From: Monocercomonoides exilis PA203
Lineage: Eukaryota > Protista > Preaxostyla
Assembly (NCBI GenBank): GCA_001643675.2
Contig: LSRY02000032.1
Span: 1,126,041 to 1,190,040 of the forward strand
Length of the DNA: 64,000 nucleotides
Reading direction: 5' to 3'
A program made the translations under genes and the position numbers. Of this stretch, positions 61,027 to 64,000 are shown piece after piece; position 1 is the first letter of the stretch, and every line of letters begins with the position of its first letter. Under the pieces are notes generated by a model, which made no database searches, had not been told where the DNA came from, and worked only from the letters and a program-made list of their open reading frames with translations.

Positions 61027-64000
61027 TTACACATTGTTACTCATCTCCTGTTCCTTGTCTTTACCAACATCATCCGAGTTGTACTTCGATCTTCTCTTCT
61101 TCACAACCACAATCACAATCACAACCACTGCTATCACAAACACAATCGGAACCACAACCGCCACAGCAACCACTCCTGCGTTTGTCTTCCGGTCATCTTT
61201 CTTCCCTGGTTCAGGCTCTGGCTCTGGATCCTTCTTCTCCTTCAGATACTTCTCATACACATCCTCTGGCTCAGCATTCTCATCTGCTGCTCCAACAACC
61301 CACCCTGTTTCTCCTTCATCGTAGTTCTTTGCAAACTCAAATGCATTATCCTGCTTGCTGAATGAGTCAAAATCTGCCGCCACAATGCACAACGATGCTC
61401 CTGATGTTCCTTTCCCGCTGTTCGTCCCATCAATCTCCAGTTTGTTCTCTCCTGGAAGCTCAAGATTCCCACTCACATGCTTCATCTCAATATATATCGC
61501 TCCCGACTTCCCGTTTTCTGCTTTGCACTCCTTGAATGTGCACACCTTTGTCCTTCCCATCCTCACCTTCGAATTCTCCTCTCCCAGCGCTATCTCCACC
61601 CCTGCTGTCTTCCCACTCTTCGACTTCACCCCTTCCATCCGAAGCCCTTCAACAACCACAATCGTCCCTTTTGTCTCTTCTGCCCCTTCATTCTTTTTGT
61701 TCTCTTTTCCTTCTCCTTTTATTCCATTCTTGATGCTCATCGCCGCACCCTCTTCCACTTCCACCTTCTTCACTTCCACATCCTCAATCACAACTTCCTT
61801 TGCTCCTTCAACCAAAAACGGAATCACTTTGAACGAAACTGTTTTCTCATCATCAATACATTTAGCTCCTGTCATCTTCAGTGAGCCTGCACTCACTTTC
61901 ACAAGATGGATTCCAACAATATCTCCTGTTGTAGGTCGTACAAAGTCACAGTTCAAAATTGAAAGCGATGTTGATTCTGCATCAGCATGAATAAGCGCTA
62001 ATCCAACTTCATTGGCTTTCAATTCACCTTCATCTTGTGTAATTGTTGTTGAGAAGTCAAAAATCAAATTCTTGAATGCTACCGTTTTCTCGCATGTAAA
62101 TAAATCGTTTTCATCTGTTATTGCGCAGTCAATTTCAGCTTTCTCGTTTGCTCCTTTTGCCTCTGTAATTCCTTCAATCGTGATTTTTGATTTATCGAAT
62201 GTTATTGCTTCGGGTTTCAGAGCTGTGGTTTCAGTTTCAGCTTTGATGACTTTAATGGAAAATCCTTGATCGCTCGTTTCTGCAAGCAATTCATACGCTC
62301 CTTTCAAACTGCCAATTGGTGCTTCCTTCCTCACTCCTTCTCCTTTCCCTCCACTCTTCACAAATACCTCTGTCGGTTGATCAAAATATTTTAACGTGAA
62401 ATCAACATCAGCATCACTTTCTCTTTTTGCAGCAACAAACCATCGATTATTTTCAAGTGTGTAACCTGTTGCAAAGCTTTTCTTCATCGCATCCGCAATG
62501 TTTTTATGAAGTTCAGTTTTCACTTCCAGATACAATCCTGTGTTCTTTTCAGCATTCGAAGTTGGATCTGCTTCTCCAGTCGTACACCCAGTGAATTCTA
62601 AGTTGGTTCCTGTTTCTGGCCATTTCAATTTGGAAGCATCGTCAATTTCCGTCATTTTCAGATAGATTCCTCCTGATTTTCCATTTTCGCAGGTGCATTT
62701 AGTAAATGTTGTTGTACCTGTATCTCCAATCTCAAATGTGCTATCTGCTGAGGCACTTTCAACATACAATGCTCCACTTGTTGCTGTTTTGAGACTGCTT
62801 GAAACGCAATCTGTAAATGTGCATTTGTCCAATGAAACCTCAATTTTATTTGTACTTGTGATTTTCATCACAGCACTTGAATTTGTCGCAATCTTCTTTA
62901 AATTCAATGATGTCAATGAAACTGTTGCTGCTCCTTCGATCAAAAATGGTGTCACTGAAAATTTCACTTCATTCTCCAAAGTGCATTCAACCTGATTCAT
63001 TGTCAATGATCCTGCACTCACTTTCACAAGATGGATACCAACTGTTTCTTCGTCTGCGTTTGAAAGCATCCCAAGTTTATCAGTTCGTGTTGGCCGAACA
63101 AATCTGCATTTCACAATGCTCAATTCTGCATCTTCACCGTCTGTAATTATCAATGCAAATGGTCCTGTCACTTCTGGGCCATCATTCTTCGCTTGTTCTC
63201 CTTCTAATGTCGATGGGAAGTTGAAGGCAAGGCTCCTGAACTCAACTTTCTTCTTGCATGTGAAAAAATCGCCTCCTGTTTTAACATCGCAATCGATCGC
63301 AACTTCTGTCTCATTCACTTCGGCTTCTCCATTTGCTTCGTCAGTTTTTTGAACACCCACAATCGTAATCAATGATAATTTATCAAACGTAATATCTTCA
63401 GCTTTGTATGCTTTATCCGTTTTGATGATGTTGACTTTGAAATTTTCTTCTCCAACACCCTCTCCAAGCAAATCGTACGCTGCCTTCAGACTTTTCTTTG
63501 GGTTGTCATAGCTCAATCCACCTTGGTCATCACTTGTAGCTCCTTCACTCACATACACATTTGTGATCGGATCGAAATACACTTCTGTGAAATCAACTTC
63601 AGAGCTATCGTCGGTTACTTTTGCAATAACAAAGCATTTATTTGCATCTTTCTTGTAATTGGCTGCAAAACTTTTCTTCATTTCTTTTGCTATGTCTCTA
63701 TGAATTTTTACTGGCACATTCAAATATAATGCTGTGTTCTTTTCAGTATTAGAAATTGTATCTTCTTCAGAAACCTTGCACCCTGTTAATTCTAAATTAT
63801 CTCCTTTTTCTGGCCACGATAATTGAGTTGCTTCTTTTATTGCAGTCATTTCCAGAAATATTGCTCCTGATTTCCCCTTTGCACATGTGCAACCATCGAA
63901 TTTTGTTTTTCCGTTATCTTCAACTGAAAATGTGCTTCCTGCATGTTCGCTCTTTACATACAATGCTCCACTTGTTGCTGCTTCTGAACTGCTTGAAGAG
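61027..64000 (-). CDS. Repetitive type I membrane surface protein (adhesin-like), 5'-truncated by the window edge
   Basis: Frame open to the window end. About 375-400-aa internal repeats (TSGALYV..S..STF...T.F..CTC..GKSG.I.L.M; VGIHLVKVSAGSL; KSFA..Y), PEPEPEP stalk, TM AGVVAVAVVVPIVFVIAVVVIVIVVV followed by KKRR and a short tail. Confidence 0.88.
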   Translation of the reverse strand, partial: SSSSSEAATSGALYVKSEHAGSTFSVEDNGKTKFDGCTCAKGKSGAIFLEMTAIKEATQLSWPEKGDNLELTGCKVSEEDTISNTEKNTALYLNVPVKIHRDIAKEMKKSFAANYKKDANKCFVIAKVTDDSSEVDFTEVYFDPITNVYVSEGATSDDQGGLSYDNPKKSLKAAYDLLGEGVGEENFKVNIIKTDKAYKAEDITFDKLSLITIVGVQKTDEANGEAEVNETEVAIDCDVKTGGDFFTCKKKVEFRSLAFNFPSTLEGEQAKNDGPEVTGPFALIITDGEDAELSIVKCRFVRPTRTDKLGMLSNADEETVGIHLVKVSAGSLTMNQVECTLENEVKFSVTPFLIEGAATVSLTSLNLKKIATNSSAVMKITSTNKIEVSLDKCTFTDCVSSSLKTATSGALYVESASADSTFEIGDTGTTTFTKCTCENGKSGGIYLKMTEIDDASKLKWPETGTNLEFTGCTTGEADPTSNAEKNTGLYLEVKTELHKNIADAMKKSFATGYTLENNRWFVAAKRESDADVDFTLKYFDQPTEVFVKSGGKGEGVRKEAPIGSLKGAYELLAETSDQGFSIKVIKAETETTALKPEAITFDKSKITIEGITEAKGANEKAEIDCAITDENDLFTCEKTVAFKNLIFDFSTTITQDEGELKANEVGLALIHADAESTSLSILNCDFVRPTTGDIVGIHLVKVSAGSLKMTGAKCIDDEKTVSFKVIPFLVEGAKEVVIEDVEVKKVEVEEGAAMSIKNGIKGEGKENKKNEGAEETKGTIVVVEGLRMEGVKSKSGKTAGVEIALGEENSKVRMGRTKVCTFKECKAENGKSGAIYIEMKHVSGNLELPGENKLEIDGTNSGKGTSGASLCIVAADFDSFSKQDNAFEFAKNYDEGETGWVVGAADENAEPEDVYEKYLKEKKDPEPEPEPGKKDDRKTNAGVVAVAVVVPIVFVIAVVVIVIVVVKKRRSKYNSDDVGKDKEQEMSNNV

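Overview
Eukaryotic genomic DNA, most likely from an oxymonad such as Monocercomonoides. This is inferred from very long poly-Ser/poly-Glu-inflated exons, short AT-rich introns with GT(T/A)TG donors, a lineage-style 'EEEG(Y/F)EDII' gene family and use of the standard genetic code. Main content, left to right: (1) a minus-strand gene of >6,000 codons that is absent from the ORF track because it runs off the left edge. It encodes a HECTD4/MYCBP2/HERC-like giant protein with ZZ, CUB-like, zinc-ribbon, UIM and UBR-box modules plus an embedded degenerate PIMT (isoaspartyl methyltransferase)-like domain. (2) A divergently transcribed ~3,210-aa tandem DH-PH RhoGEF, convergent with a WW-WW-MyTH4-RhoGAP. 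(3) A small signal-peptide/MIT-like gene that needs a GC-AG intron. (4) A 1-kb palindrome with apparently identical 440-bp arms. (5) Clathrin heavy chain, whose long intron contains a U18/SNORD18-like box C/D snoRNA. (6) A type I membrane S41-peptidase-like protein that appears catalytically altered. (7) A coiled-coil protein, members and a pseudogene of an expanded helical family, and the 3' part of a repetitive surface protein. All gene models, domain calls and RNA folds were derived by eye; no database search or folding program was run.
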